Positions 47,216 through 58,143 are shown, counted from the stretch's first letter. The stretch is DNA of 64,000 nt from Abditibacterium sp. (GCA_965199495.1 CBDASK010000003.1:3872001-3936000); one strand, 5' to 3'. Notes: generated by a model from the letters alone, not told the origin. A program made the numbers and translations.

Positions 47216-48712
47216 ATGATCAACCAACTCACCATCAACGCCGACCAGCCCGGCGCGGTTATTTCGCGCCACATTTACGGGCATTTCGCCGAACATTTGG
47301 GCCGTTGCATCTACGAGGGTTTCTGGGTCGGCGAAGACTCGGAGATTCCCAATACGCGCGGCATTCGCAACGATACCGTTGCGGCACTGCGCCAACTCAA
47401 TATTCCCAATCTGCGCTGGCCCGGTGGCTGCTTCGCCGACGAGTATCATTGGATGGACGGCATCGGCCCGCGCGCGAACCGTAAGACCATCGTGAATACG
47501 CATTGGGGCAACGTGATCGAGAACAATAGTTTCGGCACCCACGAGTTTTTCGATTTGTGCGAAATGCTGGGCGCGCAGCCGTATATTTGCGGCAACGTCG
47601 GATCGGGAACGGTGCAGGAGATGGCCGATTGGATCGAATATATCACCCATCCCGGCGGCTCGGCTATGGCCGATTTGCGCAAACAGAACGGGCGCGCCGA
47701 GCCGTGGAAACTGCCGTTTTTCGGCGTCGGCAACGAAAACTGGGGCTGCGGCGGTCATATGCGCCCCGAATTTTATGCCGACCAATATCGGCGCTACCAA
47801 ACTTATGTGCGACAACATGGCGACGAGAAAATCACCAAAATCGCGGGTGGCGCCAACTCCCACGACACGAACTGGACGGAAGTTTTAATGGAGCGCTCCG
47901 CCAATTACATGGACGGGCTTTCGCTGCACTATTACACCATCGCGGGCAACTGGGAAAACAAGGGCAGCGCCACGCAGTTCGACGAAACCGAGTATTTCGC
48001 GACGCTGCGCAATTGCCTGAAAACCGACGAGTTGGTGAGGCGCCACAGCACGATCATGGACAAAACCGACCCCGCGAAACGCATCGGCCTGATCGTGGAC
48101 GAGTGGGGCGCTTGGTGGAACGTCGAGCCGAACACCAATCCCGGATTCTTGTATCAGCAAAACAGCCAGCGCGATGCCCTTGTCGCCGGGCTGAGCCTCA
48201 ACATTTTCAACAGCCACGCCGACCGCGTCAAAATGGCCAACATCGCCCAGACCATCAACGTTTTGCAGGCGATGATTCTGACCGATGGCGCCCAAATGTT
48301 GTTGACGCCGACCTATCACGTTTTCGAGATGTATAAAGTGCATCAGGACGCGCGATTGTTGCCGCATTTTTTACAGTCCGCCGATTACAGCCACGGCGAC
48401 GCGACGGTTCCCGCGCTCAACGCTTCGGCCTCGCGCGACGCCGATGGGCGCGTTCATATTTCGCTGTGCCACACCGATCCGACGCGCGAAGCGACGTTGC
48501 AAATTGACGTGCGCGGCCTCGAAATAAGCGGCGCAACGGGCCGCGTTTTGAACGCTGAAACCCTGCAAAGTCACAACACTTTCGAGCAACCCGACGCGTT
48601 AAAGCCGCGCGCTTTGACCGAGGCACAGTTGCGACATAGAGGCGAGCGTCTGAACGTAATTTTGCCGCCCGCCTGCGTCGCGGTTCTGACGCTGGAAAGC
48701 CGAGGGCGTTAG
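47216..48712 (+). CDS. Alpha-L-arabinofuranosidase, GH51
   Basis: [41 protein letters not shown]. Confidence 0.95.
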   Translation: MINQLTINADQPGAVISRHIYGHFAEHLGRCIYEGFWVGEDSEIPNTRGIRNDTVAALRQLNIPNLRWPGGCFADEYHWMDGIGPRANRKTIVNTHWGNVIENNSFGTHEFFDLCEMLGAQPYICGNVGSGTVQEMADWIEYITHPGGSAMADLRKQNGRAEPWKLPFFGVGNENWGCGGHMRPEFYADQYRRYQTYVRQHGDEKITKIAGGANSHDTNWTEVLMERSANYMDGLSLHYYTIAGNWENKGSATQFDETEYFATLRNCLKTDELVRRHSTIMDKTDPAKRIGLIVDEWGAWWNVEPNTNPGFLYQQNSQRDALVAGLSLNIFNSHADRVKMANIAQTINVLQAMILTDGAQMLLTPTYHVFEMYKVHQDARLLPHFLQSADYSHGDATVPALNASASRDADGRVHISLCHTDPTREATLQIDVRGLEISGATGRVLNAETLQSHNTFEQPDALKPRALTEAQLRHRGERLNVILPPACVAVLTLESRGR

Positions 48713-48753
48713 TCGCCAACAGAGATAAATTCTGCTATATTGTTCGTTTATCC

Positions 48754-49776
48754 ATGAAAAATTCTTTTCAACGCCCCGCATTGCTGGGCTTAGCGCTGTG
48801 CGGCGCCGTCACGCTTTCGGCGCTGGCGGGCTGCAACCGCGAAAGCGCCACGACGGCTTCCAACCCTAACGCCACGCCCGGCGCCAAGCGTTATAAAATC
48901 GGTTTCGCCAACCTAACCGAAGATATTCCCTTTGCCGTGCGCGTGCGCGAGGGCATACAAAAAGCCGCCAAAGATGCGGGCAACGTGGATTTGGTCATCG
49001 CCGACAACAAGCTCGACGGCGCCACGGCCCTCGCCAACGCCGATAACTTCCTCACGCAGGGCGTGCAGGGCGTCATCGAATTTCAGACCGACGAAAAATT
49101 CGGCAAAAGCATCATGGATAAGATGAACGCGAAGAAAATTCCGGTCATCGCCATTGATATTCCGATGCCGGGCGCCACGTTTTTCGGCGTCGATAATCCG
49201 GTCGCGGGCAACATGGCGGGCAAAGGTCTGGGCGAGTGGATCAAGAAAAATTGGAACGGCAAAGTGGATAATTTGATTATGCTCGAACTGCCGCAAAGTG
49301 GCCCCGTGCCCGCCGCCCGCCTGAAAGGCGAGCGCGATGGTTTGGAAGGCATCGTTGGCAAAATTCCCGAAGACAAAGTCAAACATCTGGACTCGAAAAA
49401 CACGCTGGAAGAGGCGCGCAAGTTGGTTTCGGACACGCTGACAACTTTGCCGGGTGTCAACCATATCGCTATTGTTTGCATCAACGACGACACCGCGCAG
49501 GGCGCCATCGTCGCGGCGCAGGCGGCGGGGCGCAGCAAAGACATCGCCGTCGTGGCTATTGATGCCAGCGACCGGGGCCGCGAAGAGATTATGAAACCCA
49601 ACAGCCCGCAAATCGGCTCGACGGCTTCGTTTCCCGAAAAATATGGCGAAAAGCTGATTCCCGCGATGATCAAGGCCATTGACGGCGCGAAGTTGCCCGA
49701 AAAGTTTTATACGACGCACGCGTTCATCACCAAAGAGAATATGGCGCAGTATTATCCAGAGAGCGTTAAAAAATAG
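48754..49776 (+). CDS. Sugar ABC transporter substrate-binding lipoprotein
   Basis: Lipobox LAGC; periplasmic binding fold motifs (PVIAID, FGVDN, INDDTAQG). Confidence 0.92.
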   Translation: MKNSFQRPALLGLALCGAVTLSALAGCNRESATTASNPNATPGAKRYKIGFANLTEDIPFAVRVREGIQKAAKDAGNVDLVIADNKLDGATALANADNFLTQGVQGVIEFQTDEKFGKSIMDKMNAKKIPVIAIDIPMPGATFFGVDNPVAGNMAGKGLGEWIKKNWNGKVDNLIMLELPQSGPVPAARLKGERDGLEGIVGKIPEDKVKHLDSKNTLEEARKLVSDTLTTLPGVNHIAIVCINDDTAQGAIVAAQAAGRSKDIAVVAIDASDRGREEIMKPNSPQIGSTASFPEKYGEKLIPAMIKAIDGAKLPEKFYTTHAFITKENMAQYYPESVKK

Positions 49777-49977
49777 TCGCCTGATTTTCTACGGCCACGC
49801 CGCAAGTCACGCCCTGTTGGGGCCGGACAGCATCCGCCAGTCAAAACTGCTAACCTTATCGTCGTATTCAAGCCGCCGTAGCGACCAAATCTATAACGTT
49901 ATGTATTAAAGGGTTGTGATGCGATAACGCGCGCTCCAAAAAAGGGCGACCGACAGTGACTTTGGGGGACTTTTCTT

Positions 49978-51471
49978 ATGAACCAAACTCCGCTTCTTTC
50001 GATGCGCGGCATCCGCAAAAGTTTTTCGGGTGTGGAAGTTTTGCATGGCGTTGATTTGACGCTCAATTCCGGCGAAGTGCTGGCTTTAATGGGCGAAAAC
50101 GGCGCGGGCAAGTCCACGTTGATGAAAATTCTCAATGGCGATTACACGCGCGACGGCGGCGAAATCGGAGTTGACGGGCAGATCGTCAACTTTGCTTCGC
50201 CGCGCGACGCCGAGGTCGCGGGCGTGCAGATGATTCATCAGGAATTGGCTTACGCGCCCGATCTGTCGGTCGCCGAAAATGTGTTGATGGGCCATCTGCC
50301 GCGCCGGGGCGGCTTCATGGTGGATTGGCCCGCCGCGCACGCAGCCACGGCGCAGGTGTTAAAGCGTCTCAAAGCTGATTTTAGTTCGCGCGACATCATG
50401 GGAAGTTTGAGCGTTGGGCAGCAACAGTTGGTCGAAATCGCCAAAGCGCTGTCGCGCGAGGCGCGCATTTTAGTCATGGACGAACCGACGGCGGCTTTAA
50501 CTTCGCGCGAAGTCAGTTTGCTTTTCGAGACGATTGCTGGTCTGCGCGCGCAGGGCGTGGGCATCGTTTATATTTCGCACCGCTTGGACGAAGTCGAGGA
50601 GATCGCTGACCGCGTGGCCGTCTTGCGCGACGGCGTGGCTGTGGGCGAGCAACCGATGAGCGCGGTTTCGCGCGCGCAAATCGTTCACATGATGGTCGGT
50701 CGCGAAGTCGAAAGCCACGCGAAGTCGCGCGGCGTGAACGAGCGCGAAATCGTGTTGCAGGTCGAAGGTTTGACGCGGCCCCATCGTTTCGAGGGCGTGA
50801 GTTTTTCCGTTCGTGCGGGCGAAATCGTCGGTTTATACGGACTTTTGGGCGCCGGACAAATGGACGTGATGCGCGCGTTGTTTGGTAGCCCCGCCGCCGC
50901 TGCGGGCGAAATTGTGATGAACGGGAATCGAGTTCGCGTGAACTCTGTGCCCGATGCGATTGGCGCGGGCATCGGTCTGGTTTCGGAAGATCGCAAGCGC
51001 GAAGGTTTGGTTTTGGGCATGAGCGTCTCGGACAATTTGACGCTGGGCAATTGGGATGTCGTGTCGAAAAACGGCATATTGAACCAGAAAGTTGAGATGG
51101 CTCGGACGGCGCACTGGACGCAACGCCTGGGCATTCGCGCGCGCGGGCCGTCGCAGCCCGTCGGCACGCTGAGCGGCGGCAACCAACAAAAAGTCGTTTT
51201 GGCGCGTTGGCTGGAGGCGGGCACTAAAGTGTTGCTGCTGGCCGAGCCGACGCGCGGCGTTGACGTGGGCGCACGCGCCGATATTTACGGCGTGTTGGAA
51301 GAACTGCGCGAGCAGGGCTTGGCCTTGGTAATGGTTTCGACCGACATGGAAGAAGTTTTGGCGCTGTCGGATCGGATTTTGGTGTTGGTACGCGGGCGCA
51401 TCGTGCGCGAGTTCGGGCGCGAAGAAGCGACGCAAGAACTGTTGCTGGCGAGCGCGGCGGGGCAGGAGTAG
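49978..51471 (+). CDS. Sugar ABC transporter ATP-binding protein
   Basis: GENGAGKST, MDEPT, LSGGNQQK, EPTRGVDVGA. Confidence 0.95.
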   Translation: MNQTPLLSMRGIRKSFSGVEVLHGVDLTLNSGEVLALMGENGAGKSTLMKILNGDYTRDGGEIGVDGQIVNFASPRDAEVAGVQMIHQELAYAPDLSVAENVLMGHLPRRGGFMVDWPAAHAATAQVLKRLKADFSSRDIMGSLSVGQQQLVEIAKALSREARILVMDEPTAALTSREVSLLFETIAGLRAQGVGIVYISHRLDEVEEIADRVAVLRDGVAVGEQPMSAVSRAQIVHMMVGREVESHAKSRGVNEREIVLQVEGLTRPHRFEGVSFSVRAGEIVGLYGLLGAGQMDVMRALFGSPAAAAGEIVMNGNRVRVNSVPDAIGAGIGLVSEDRKREGLVLGMSVSDNLTLGNWDVVSKNGILNQKVEMARTAHWTQRLGIRARGPSQPVGTLSGGNQQKVVLARWLEAGTKVLLLAEPTRGVDVGARADIYGVLEELREQGLALVMVSTDMEEVLALSDRILVLVRGRIVREFGREEATQELLLASAAGQE

Positions 51472-51489
51472 GGAATCGCAGTTCAATCT

Positions 51490-51588
51490 CCCGTAGAGAC
51501 GCCGATTTATCGCGTCTAAAACGTCAGAAATCCTGCGACGTTGATTTGCTTCAACGTTTTAGACGCGATAAATCGGCGTCTCTACGGG
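51490..51588. repeat. GTAG-type REP doublet (copy 2 of 18793 family)
   Basis: cccgtagagacgccgatttatcgcgtctaaaacgt ... acgttttagacgcgataaatcggcgtctctacggg. Confidence 0.9.
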
Positions 51589-51616
51589 CAGGAGACTTTA
51601 AAACGCAACCAACAAA

Positions 51617-52618
51617 ATGGAACAAACTCCTTTAAATTCGACCACGCTCGAACCAGCCACGGCGCCTGCCAAGCGCGGTTTCGCGCGCTTCAATCTGGGC
51701 GATTCGCTCGGTCTCGTCGGCATTTATCTGCTGCTGTGTCTGGCCCTTTTCATCGCCACGCCTTACTTTTTGACTCTCAGCAACTTCTCCAATATTTTTC
51801 GCGATTCCGCCGTCATCGGCATCATTGCCATCGCGATGACCGCCGTCATTGTGTCGGGCGGTATTGATTTGTCGGTCGGTTCAGTTGTGGCATTAATTGG
51901 CGTCACCATCGCGCAACTTTCGAGCAAAATGCCGATGGGCGGCGCCGTGGCTGTTGCGCTGTTGGTGGGTGTCATCTTCGGTTTGTTCAATGGTTTCGCG
52001 GTCACGCGCGTTGGCATCAATCCGCTCATTGCGACATTGGGCACTTTGTCCATCGGGCGCGGGTTGGCGCTGATTTTTTCGGGCGGATTGTCGCAGTCCA
52101 TCAACTCCGATGGCTTCGCTTTTCTGGGGCAGGGCCGACCGCTGGGCATTCCGTTTCCCGTGATTATCATGCTGGCGCTGTTCGCTCTGGCCGCTTGGAT
52201 TATGCGTGCCACAGTTTTCGGGCGCTCGATTTATGCGATTGGCGGCAATCCGAACGCGTCGCGATTGGCGGGTTTGCCGGTTTCTAATCTGCAATTGTCG
52301 GTCTATCTGTTGTGCGCGCTGGGCGCGACATTGGGCGGATTGATTCAGGCGTCGCAGTTGGGCGCGGGCGCGCCCGCCGCCGCGCAGGGCATCGAACTGA
52401 GCGTTATCGCCGCCGTCATTCTGGGCGGCACATCTCTGAGCGGCGGCAAAGGCACGATTTTCGGCACACTTTTGGGCGTCTTGATTCTGGGCACGCTTAA
52501 CAATGGTTTGACGCTTTTGAGCGTCAGTTCCTATTATCAGGACGTGGCGCGCGGCGTGGTTTTGTTATTGGCGGTCGGACTGGATCAGTTGCGTTTGCGT
52601 CTGGCGGCGCGCGACTGA
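51617..52618 (+). CDS. Sugar ABC transporter permease (RbsC-like)
   Basis: SGGIDLSVG, YAIGGN..ASRLAG, ELSVIAAVILGGTSL. Confidence 0.94.
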   Translation: MEQTPLNSTTLEPATAPAKRGFARFNLGDSLGLVGIYLLLCLALFIATPYFLTLSNFSNIFRDSAVIGIIAIAMTAVIVSGGIDLSVGSVVALIGVTIAQLSSKMPMGGAVAVALLVGVIFGLFNGFAVTRVGINPLIATLGTLSIGRGLALIFSGGLSQSINSDGFAFLGQGRPLGIPFPVIIMLALFALAAWIMRATVFGRSIYAIGGNPNASRLAGLPVSNLQLSVYLLCALGATLGGLIQASQLGAGAPAAAQGIELSVIAAVILGGTSLSGGKGTIFGTLLGVLILGTLNNGLTLLSVSSYYQDVARGVVLLLAVGLDQLRLRLAARD

Positions 52619-52886
52619 TGTGCGTTGTCCGGCTTTCGCAGCCAATTTTTATTAATCGCGGGTCATCGAGCCACATTTCGTTTCTGGAAACCACGATACA
52701 AACCACGGCAGAGCAGACCAGTTACGCGCCGGTGATACCGTTGAAAGCTGACGTGCAGATTACCCGGCGGCAAAAATCGCCGGTTACTAAAGTTTATGAA
52801 GTGAAAGCCGGGCGCCAAGTTTTCGCGGTGGCAAGCGCGAAATAAGTTTTCACGCCGCGCGCAAATTCGTTAAGCTAAAATAACCT

Positions 52887-53783
52887 ATGACAGCTCCTCA
52901 CGCCCCCTTTGGGCCGCTGATTACCGCGATGGTCACGCCGTTCGATCCAAGCGGCGCCGTGGATTACAATCGCGCGCAAGAACTCGCGACTCGACTTTTA
53001 GCCAATGGTTCGTCCGGTCTGGTCGTCACCGGCACGACCGGCGAAAGCCCAACACTCTCGCCCGACGAAAAACTTGAACTCTATCGTCGCGTGAAAGAGG
53101 TCGCGGGCAACGCGCCTGTTATCGCCAATTCGGGTGACAACGAAACCGCGTTTTCCGTCGAATTCTCCAAACGTGCGCAAGACACCGGCGTTGACGCGCT
53201 TTTATTGGTTGTGCCGTATTATTCCAAGCCGTCGCAGGAAGGTTTGTATCGTCATTTCAAAACTATCGCCGAAGCCGTGGATTTGCCGTGTCTGCTTTAT
53301 AACGTGCCGGGCCGCACCGCGCGCAATATGAGCGCGGCCACGCAGGCGCGTTTGAGCGAGATTCCCAACATCGTCGGCACCAAAGAGGCGTCGGGCGACT
53401 TGGTGCAAATCGCCACTTTGCGCGCGCACACGCCGCCCGATTGGGCGATTTATTCGGGCGACGACCCGGCGATGCTGCCGATGATGCCGCTGGGCGCGTG
53501 CGGCTGCATTTCGGTGTTGGCTCATATCGCGGGGAGGGAATTTCGCGCGATGATTGACGCGTTCTGGGCGGGCGAAATGGACAAAGCGCGCGAATTGCAT
53601 TTGCGCTTGCTGCCGGTCATCGCGGCGTTGTTTCCAGTTGACACGCCTTCGCCCGCGCCGGTTAAGGCGGCGCTGGAGTTGCAAGGTTTCGGTTGCGGCG
53701 GCTTGCGTTTGCCTTTGGTTGAATGCGACGAAAGTGAGCGCGCGAGTTTGAAGCGCGTGATGGAAACGGCGGGCTTGCTGTAA
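52887..53783 (+). CDS. dapA: 4-hydroxy-tetrahydrodipicolinate synthase
   Basis: TAMVTPF, GTTGESPTL, PYYSKP, YNVPGRT, KEASG, YSGDD. Confidence 0.95.
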   Translation: MTAPHAPFGPLITAMVTPFDPSGAVDYNRAQELATRLLANGSSGLVVTGTTGESPTLSPDEKLELYRRVKEVAGNAPVIANSGDNETAFSVEFSKRAQDTGVDALLLVVPYYSKPSQEGLYRHFKTIAEAVDLPCLLYNVPGRTARNMSAATQARLSEIPNIVGTKEASGDLVQIATLRAHTPPDWAIYSGDDPAMLPMMPLGACGCISVLAHIAGREFRAMIDAFWAGEMDKARELHLRLLPVIAALFPVDTPSPAPVKAALELQGFGCGGLRLPLVECDESERASLKRVMETAGLL

Positions 53784-53799
53784 CTGTAACGACTCACCA

Positions 53800-53900
53800 A
53801 TCGTAGGGGCGGGGTCACCCCGCCCCAATTATTCGCCTCGAATCGTAATGTTCATTCCGCCACATTGACTTTTTGGGCGGGGTGACCCCGCCCCTACGAT
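53800..53900. repeat. GTAG-type REP doublet (GTAGGGGCGGGGTCACCCCGCCC)
   Basis: atcgtaggggcggggtcaccccgccc ... gggcggggtgaccccgcccctacgat. Confidence 0.9.
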
Positions 53901-53918
53901 GAACAAGCCTATTACCAA

Positions 53919-54572
53919 ATGGACACAACCGAACTGCTCAACGCGCTCGCCGACGAAATCCGCATTTGCCCGCTCTGCCGTCTCGCGCAAACGCGCATTC
54001 ACGCCGTCCCCGGCGATGGCAATACCAAAGCGGAAATTATGTTTGTAGGCGAGGGGCCGGGCCAGCAGGAAGACGAGACTGGGCATCCGTTTGTCGGCAA
54101 GTCGGGTAAACTGCTGACAACTGAGTTACGCAAAATTGGAATTACGCGCGATCAGGTGTTCGTCACCAACATCGTGAAGTGTCGTCCGCCGGGCAATCGC
54201 AACCCGTTGGCCGACGAAATCGCCGCGTGCAACGATTGGCTGAGCGCGCAAATCGCTTTGGTCGAGCCAAAATTTATCGTGATCGTGGGTGGGCCGAGTT
54301 TGAACACGCTGGTTTCCAAAGATTTACGGATAACCAAAGCGCGTTCGCGCGTCTTTCGCAAAGAAGGCATTTTGTTCATTCCGATTTTGCATCCCGCCGC
54401 CGCCTTGCGCAGTCCCGATACGATGAAACTATTTCTCGAAGATTTAGCCAATCTGAAAGATTTGCTGGGCCGCGATATTGAGGAAAACGAAATCACCGAC
54501 ATCGTGGACAAGCCCGCCGCCAAAGCAGCCACGGCGAGCGAGGAAGAGGGCGGCACGCTCAGTTTGTTTTAG
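53919..54572 (+). CDS. Uracil-DNA glycosylase family 4
   Basis: CPLC, GEGPG, PFVG, TNIVKCRPP.NR, HPAA. Confidence 0.94.
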   Translation: MDTTELLNALADEIRICPLCRLAQTRIHAVPGDGNTKAEIMFVGEGPGQQEDETGHPFVGKSGKLLTTELRKIGITRDQVFVTNIVKCRPPGNRNPLADEIAACNDWLSAQIALVEPKFIVIVGGPSLNTLVSKDLRITKARSRVFRKEGILFIPILHPAAALRSPDTMKLFLEDLANLKDLLGRDIEENEITDIVDKPAAKAATASEEEGGTLSLF

Positions 54573-54576
54573 AAAG

Positions 54577-55362
54577 ATGAAGAGTTCATTCGTATTGTTG
54601 GCGTTAATTGCCGCGCCGTGGCTGGTATCGGCGCACGCGCAAACCGCGCCAGTTCGCATCGCCAAAACGCCCGCCGAGCCGTTGCCGCAAGCTCAGGAAT
54701 TGTTCGATAATCTCTTGGCGCCCTACGAAGCGGCCAAAACGTTTCGCGGTCAATTCGATATTGCCATCAAAGCCCAAGAAAACGCGATTGCCGAAATTGG
54801 GTTGGAAACGCGGTTTCGTTACGACGACCAAAACAATTTGCGTGGGCAGTGGAGCCGCATGAAAGTCGTCGGACGCGCCAAGCCAAAACAGCAACAGACG
54901 TTTCTTTTTGTGGATGATGGACAAACTCAAAAAGTCGTGTTGGTCGAGCAAAAAGTTTGGTGGAATGTGAATCAACGCAATAACTCCGCCGCGTTCTTTT
55001 CGGTTGTCAAACCGTTGATTGATCAAGTGACGCAAGCCTTGGAGAACAACGAAGATTTTGTGCCCGTCGTGAGCCAGTCAACTGACAATGGACGCGCGGT
55101 TTTGGTTTTGAAGTCCGACAAAAGCAAGGTTTTTCGCGCCACCATTGACGCGCAAACGCGCGCGTTGCTGTCGCTCGCGGTGAAAGACAATCTAACGATT
55201 GACGCGACCAAACCCGTTTTTAACGGGCCAATGGCCGACGCCGATTTCGCGTGGGTTGCGCCCGCCGATTATCGTCAAGTCGCGCCCGGCGAAGTCGCGC
55301 CGCCCGCCTCATTGGGCATCACGATTCCGGGGTTGGACGGCGGAAATCAAGTGCCGAATTGA
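54577..55362 (+). CDS. Secreted hypothetical protein, possibly LolA-like fold (paralog 1)
   Basis: Signal peptide; FLFVDDG and FN...ADADFAW..PAD motifs. Confidence 0.7.
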   Translation: MKSSFVLLALIAAPWLVSAHAQTAPVRIAKTPAEPLPQAQELFDNLLAPYEAAKTFRGQFDIAIKAQENAIAEIGLETRFRYDDQNNLRGQWSRMKVVGRAKPKQQQTFLFVDDGQTQKVVLVEQKVWWNVNQRNNSAAFFSVVKPLIDQVTQALENNEDFVPVVSQSTDNGRAVLVLKSDKSKVFRATIDAQTRALLSLAVKDNLTIDATKPVFNGPMADADFAWVAPADYRQVAPGEVAPPASLGITIPGLDGGNQVPN

Positions 55363-55376
55363 CGCGCGTTACTGCT

Positions 55377-56183
55377 ATGAAAAACATCAACATTATTCCT
55401 CTCGTTTTATCGGCACTCGTCGCGGCGCCGACGTTGGTTTCGGCGCAGACGGCGCCGGTTCGCATCGCGAAAGCGCCGCAAGAACCAATGCCCAAAGCGC
55501 AGGAGTTGTTCAATAATCTGTTCGCGCCTTATGCGGCGGCGAAGACGTTTAGCGGGAATTTCGATATTCTCATACGGGTCAATGAACAATCGCAGCCAAT
55601 TGAAGAGTATCGACTGCGGACGGCATTTCGCTTTGACGATAATGGCAACTTGGAGCGCCAAAATACGACGATGACGGTTGTGGGGCGTTCTGAACCTAAG
55701 GCGCGTCAAACCTTCCGATTTGTGGATGATGGGCGCACCAATACAGTTGTCTTTGTCGATCAGAAGTCGTGGGCGCATAAGGAGCCGCGCGATACTTCGC
55801 CTGCTCTCATCACTACGCTTAAGGCGGCTTTGGATGCATCGACGCTGGCTCTTCGTAATAGCCCCGGTTTCGTGCCCGTCATTTCCAGAGGTTTGGATGC
55901 GGGGCGTCCTGTTTGGATTCTGAAAGCGAAACGTAGCAACGCTGTGCGTATTGTGGTGGACGCGCAGACGCGTGCGCTTCGCTCTTTTGACATTTTGGAC
56001 GAAAATCAGAGAGTTTCGATTCGCGGTTCAGAACAAGTTTTCAACGAGCCGATTGCAGACGAGGCTTTCCTGTGGACGCCGCCCACCGATTTTAAAAATG
56101 TCGCAGCGGATGACATTCATTTGCCGCCGACTCTGGGCATCGTAGTCACTACGACTTCCGATGGAACAACATTAATCGACTAA
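55377..56183 (+). CDS. Secreted hypothetical protein, possibly LolA-like fold (paralog 2)
   Basis: Shares AQTAPVRIAK, AQELF.NL.APY.AAKTF, FVDDG, FN.P.AD..F.W with upstream gene. Confidence 0.7.
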   Translation: MKNINIIPLVLSALVAAPTLVSAQTAPVRIAKAPQEPMPKAQELFNNLFAPYAAAKTFSGNFDILIRVNEQSQPIEEYRLRTAFRFDDNGNLERQNTTMTVVGRSEPKARQTFRFVDDGRTNTVVFVDQKSWAHKEPRDTSPALITTLKAALDASTLALRNSPGFVPVISRGLDAGRPVWILKAKRSNAVRIVVDAQTRALRSFDILDENQRVSIRGSEQVFNEPIADEAFLWTPPTDFKNVAADDIHLPPTLGIVVTTTSDGTTLID

Positions 56184-56362
56184 AGATTTCGTCGGCCCAA
56201 GCCGCGCACTTTTGGCGCGGCTTTAATTGAGAAAACAACGGCTTTAATAACCGTTGACATTTTTAGCGCGCGAAACCGAGATTTAGTTCGCGCTCTGGAT
56301 AGAAATGCCCGAATTTGTCGGGTGTGAGAAAGCAAAAGTCTCGCTGAGACGACATACATAAC

Positions 56363-58024
56363 ATGAAAGACAAAATCAAAATCATTCCGCTTGGCGGGGT
56401 GGCCGAAATCGGCAAGAACATGATGGTTTACGAATACGACGAGAAAATTCTCATCGTGGACTGCGGAGTGATGTTTCCCGACGAAGAACATCCCGGCGTT
56501 GACCTCATCATCCCGGACTTTACCTATTTGCGTGAGAACCGCGACAAAATCGTCGGTATCTGCATCACGCACGGCCACGAAGATCACGTCGGCGCGATGG
56601 GTTATTTCGTTTCCGAATTCCCCGAAGTCAAGGTTTATTCGTCGCCGCTCACCCTCGGTATTATGATGGGCAAACTGCGCGAGGCGCCGGTCTCGCCCGA
56701 AGACGTGAAAACCCAACAGGTTTTGCCGGGCGACATCGTGCAAATCGGGCCGTTCAAAGTCGAATTCATGCGCGTTTCGCACTCGATTCCCGACGCCTGC
56801 GGTTTGGCGATTACGACCGAACTTGGCACGGTTGTGCAATCGGGCGACTTCAAATGGGACATGACGCCCGTTGACGGAAAACTGCCGATGCAGGGCCGCT
56901 TCGCCCAGCACGGCGACGAAGGCGTTCTGGCGCTTTTGAGCGACACCACCAACGCCGGACGCGCCGGAGTTTGCGAATCCGAATCGTCGGTTCGTCCAGC
57001 TCTCGAACGCATTTTCGCCGACGCGCCCGGTCGCATTTTCGTGGCGACTTTTGGCTCCAATATCCATCGCGTCCAGCAAATCCTCGACGTGGCTCATCTT
57101 TACGGGCGCACCGTCGCTTACACGGGCCGCTCGATGCTGACGATTTGCGGCGTCGCGACCGAACTGGGTTATCTCAAGCCGCCGGTTCCCGTCATTGATG
57201 TCGAGAAGATCGACGATTACGCCGACGAGAAAATCTGCGTTATCATGACCGGTTCGCAGGGCGAGCCGATGGCGGCGCTTTCCAAAATCGCGCGCGGCAA
57301 CAACCGGTTCATCTCGCTCAAAGAGAACGATATGGTCGTGTTTTCTTCGACGCCGATTCCCGGCAACGAAAGTTCGGTTTACAAAGTCGTCAACAATTTG
57401 TGTGTCGCGGGCGTTCACGTTCACCGTGCGCCGCACGATCACGTTCACGTTTCGGGTCACGGCAACGACGAAGATTTGCGGATTCTGCTCAACTTGACCA
57501 AGCCGAAATATGCCGTGCCCTATCACGGCGAACCGCGTCACGCTTTGGCCTACGCCGATTTGTGCGAGGCGATGGGTTATGACCGCAACAAAATTCCATT
57601 CTTGCAGGTCGGCGATGTTTTGGAAATCGGCAAAGATTCGATCAACATCACCGAGCAAGTTGCGGCGGGCGCGGTTCTGGTGGACGGTTTGACGATTGGC
57701 GATGTCGGCTATTCGGTGCTGCGCGACCGCAAGCATCTCAGCGAAGATGGCGTGGTCATCGCGACGCTGATTATGGACAAGAAAAAGGGCACCATTCTGG
57801 ACGGCCCCAACCTGACGCATCGCGGCTTTTTACACGCTCCGGCCAACACCGCGTTTTTGGACAGAGCCGAAGAGTTAGTTGAAGACAAGTTGGAGAAACT
57901 CAACGGCAAAGTCGGCGGCGACGTGGCTGGCGTTTCGCGCGTGGTGCGCGAAACGCTGAGTGACCATTTCTGGTCGCAAATGCGGAGACGTCCGTTGATT
58001 TTGCCGGTGATTATGGAAGTTTAG
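56363..58024 (+). CDS. rnj: Ribonuclease J
   Basis: PLGGVAEIGKNM, THGHEDH, HSIPD, GDFK, GSQGEP, HVSGH, RRPLILPVI. Confidence 0.97.
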   Translation: MKDKIKIIPLGGVAEIGKNMMVYEYDEKILIVDCGVMFPDEEHPGVDLIIPDFTYLRENRDKIVGICITHGHEDHVGAMGYFVSEFPEVKVYSSPLTLGIMMGKLREAPVSPEDVKTQQVLPGDIVQIGPFKVEFMRVSHSIPDACGLAITTELGTVVQSGDFKWDMTPVDGKLPMQGRFAQHGDEGVLALLSDTTNAGRAGVCESESSVRPALERIFADAPGRIFVATFGSNIHRVQQILDVAHLYGRTVAYTGRSMLTICGVATELGYLKPPVPVIDVEKIDDYADEKICVIMTGSQGEPMAALSKIARGNNRFISLKENDMVVFSSTPIPGNESSVYKVVNNLCVAGVHVHRAPHDHVHVSGHGNDEDLRILLNLTKPKYAVPYHGEPRHALAYADLCEAMGYDRNKIPFLQVGDVLEIGKDSINITEQVAAGAVLVDGLTIGDVGYSVLRDRKHLSEDGVVIATLIMDKKKGTILDGPNLTHRGFLHAPANTAFLDRAEELVEDKLEKLNGKVGGDVAGVSRVVRETLSDHFWSQMRRRPLILPVIMEV

Positions 58025-58038
58025 GTTCGACACATCAG

Positions 58039-58073
58039 AAAACGCCGCCCTTTTCGCGAGGGCGGCGTTTTTT
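58039..58073 (+). terminator. Intrinsic terminator after rnj
   Basis: aaaacgccgccct..agggcggcgtttttt. Confidence 0.85.
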
Positions 58074-58143
58074 GTCGGTAACCGGAAATAACACAATTGC
58101 CAACGCCGCTTTAAACTCTCGTAAATGTTAAAATAATTCTCCT

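Noticed and set aside
52618..52845. 75 aa ORF between permease and dapA
   Set aside because: No recognisable motif or RBS; may be a gene remnant but cannot be supported
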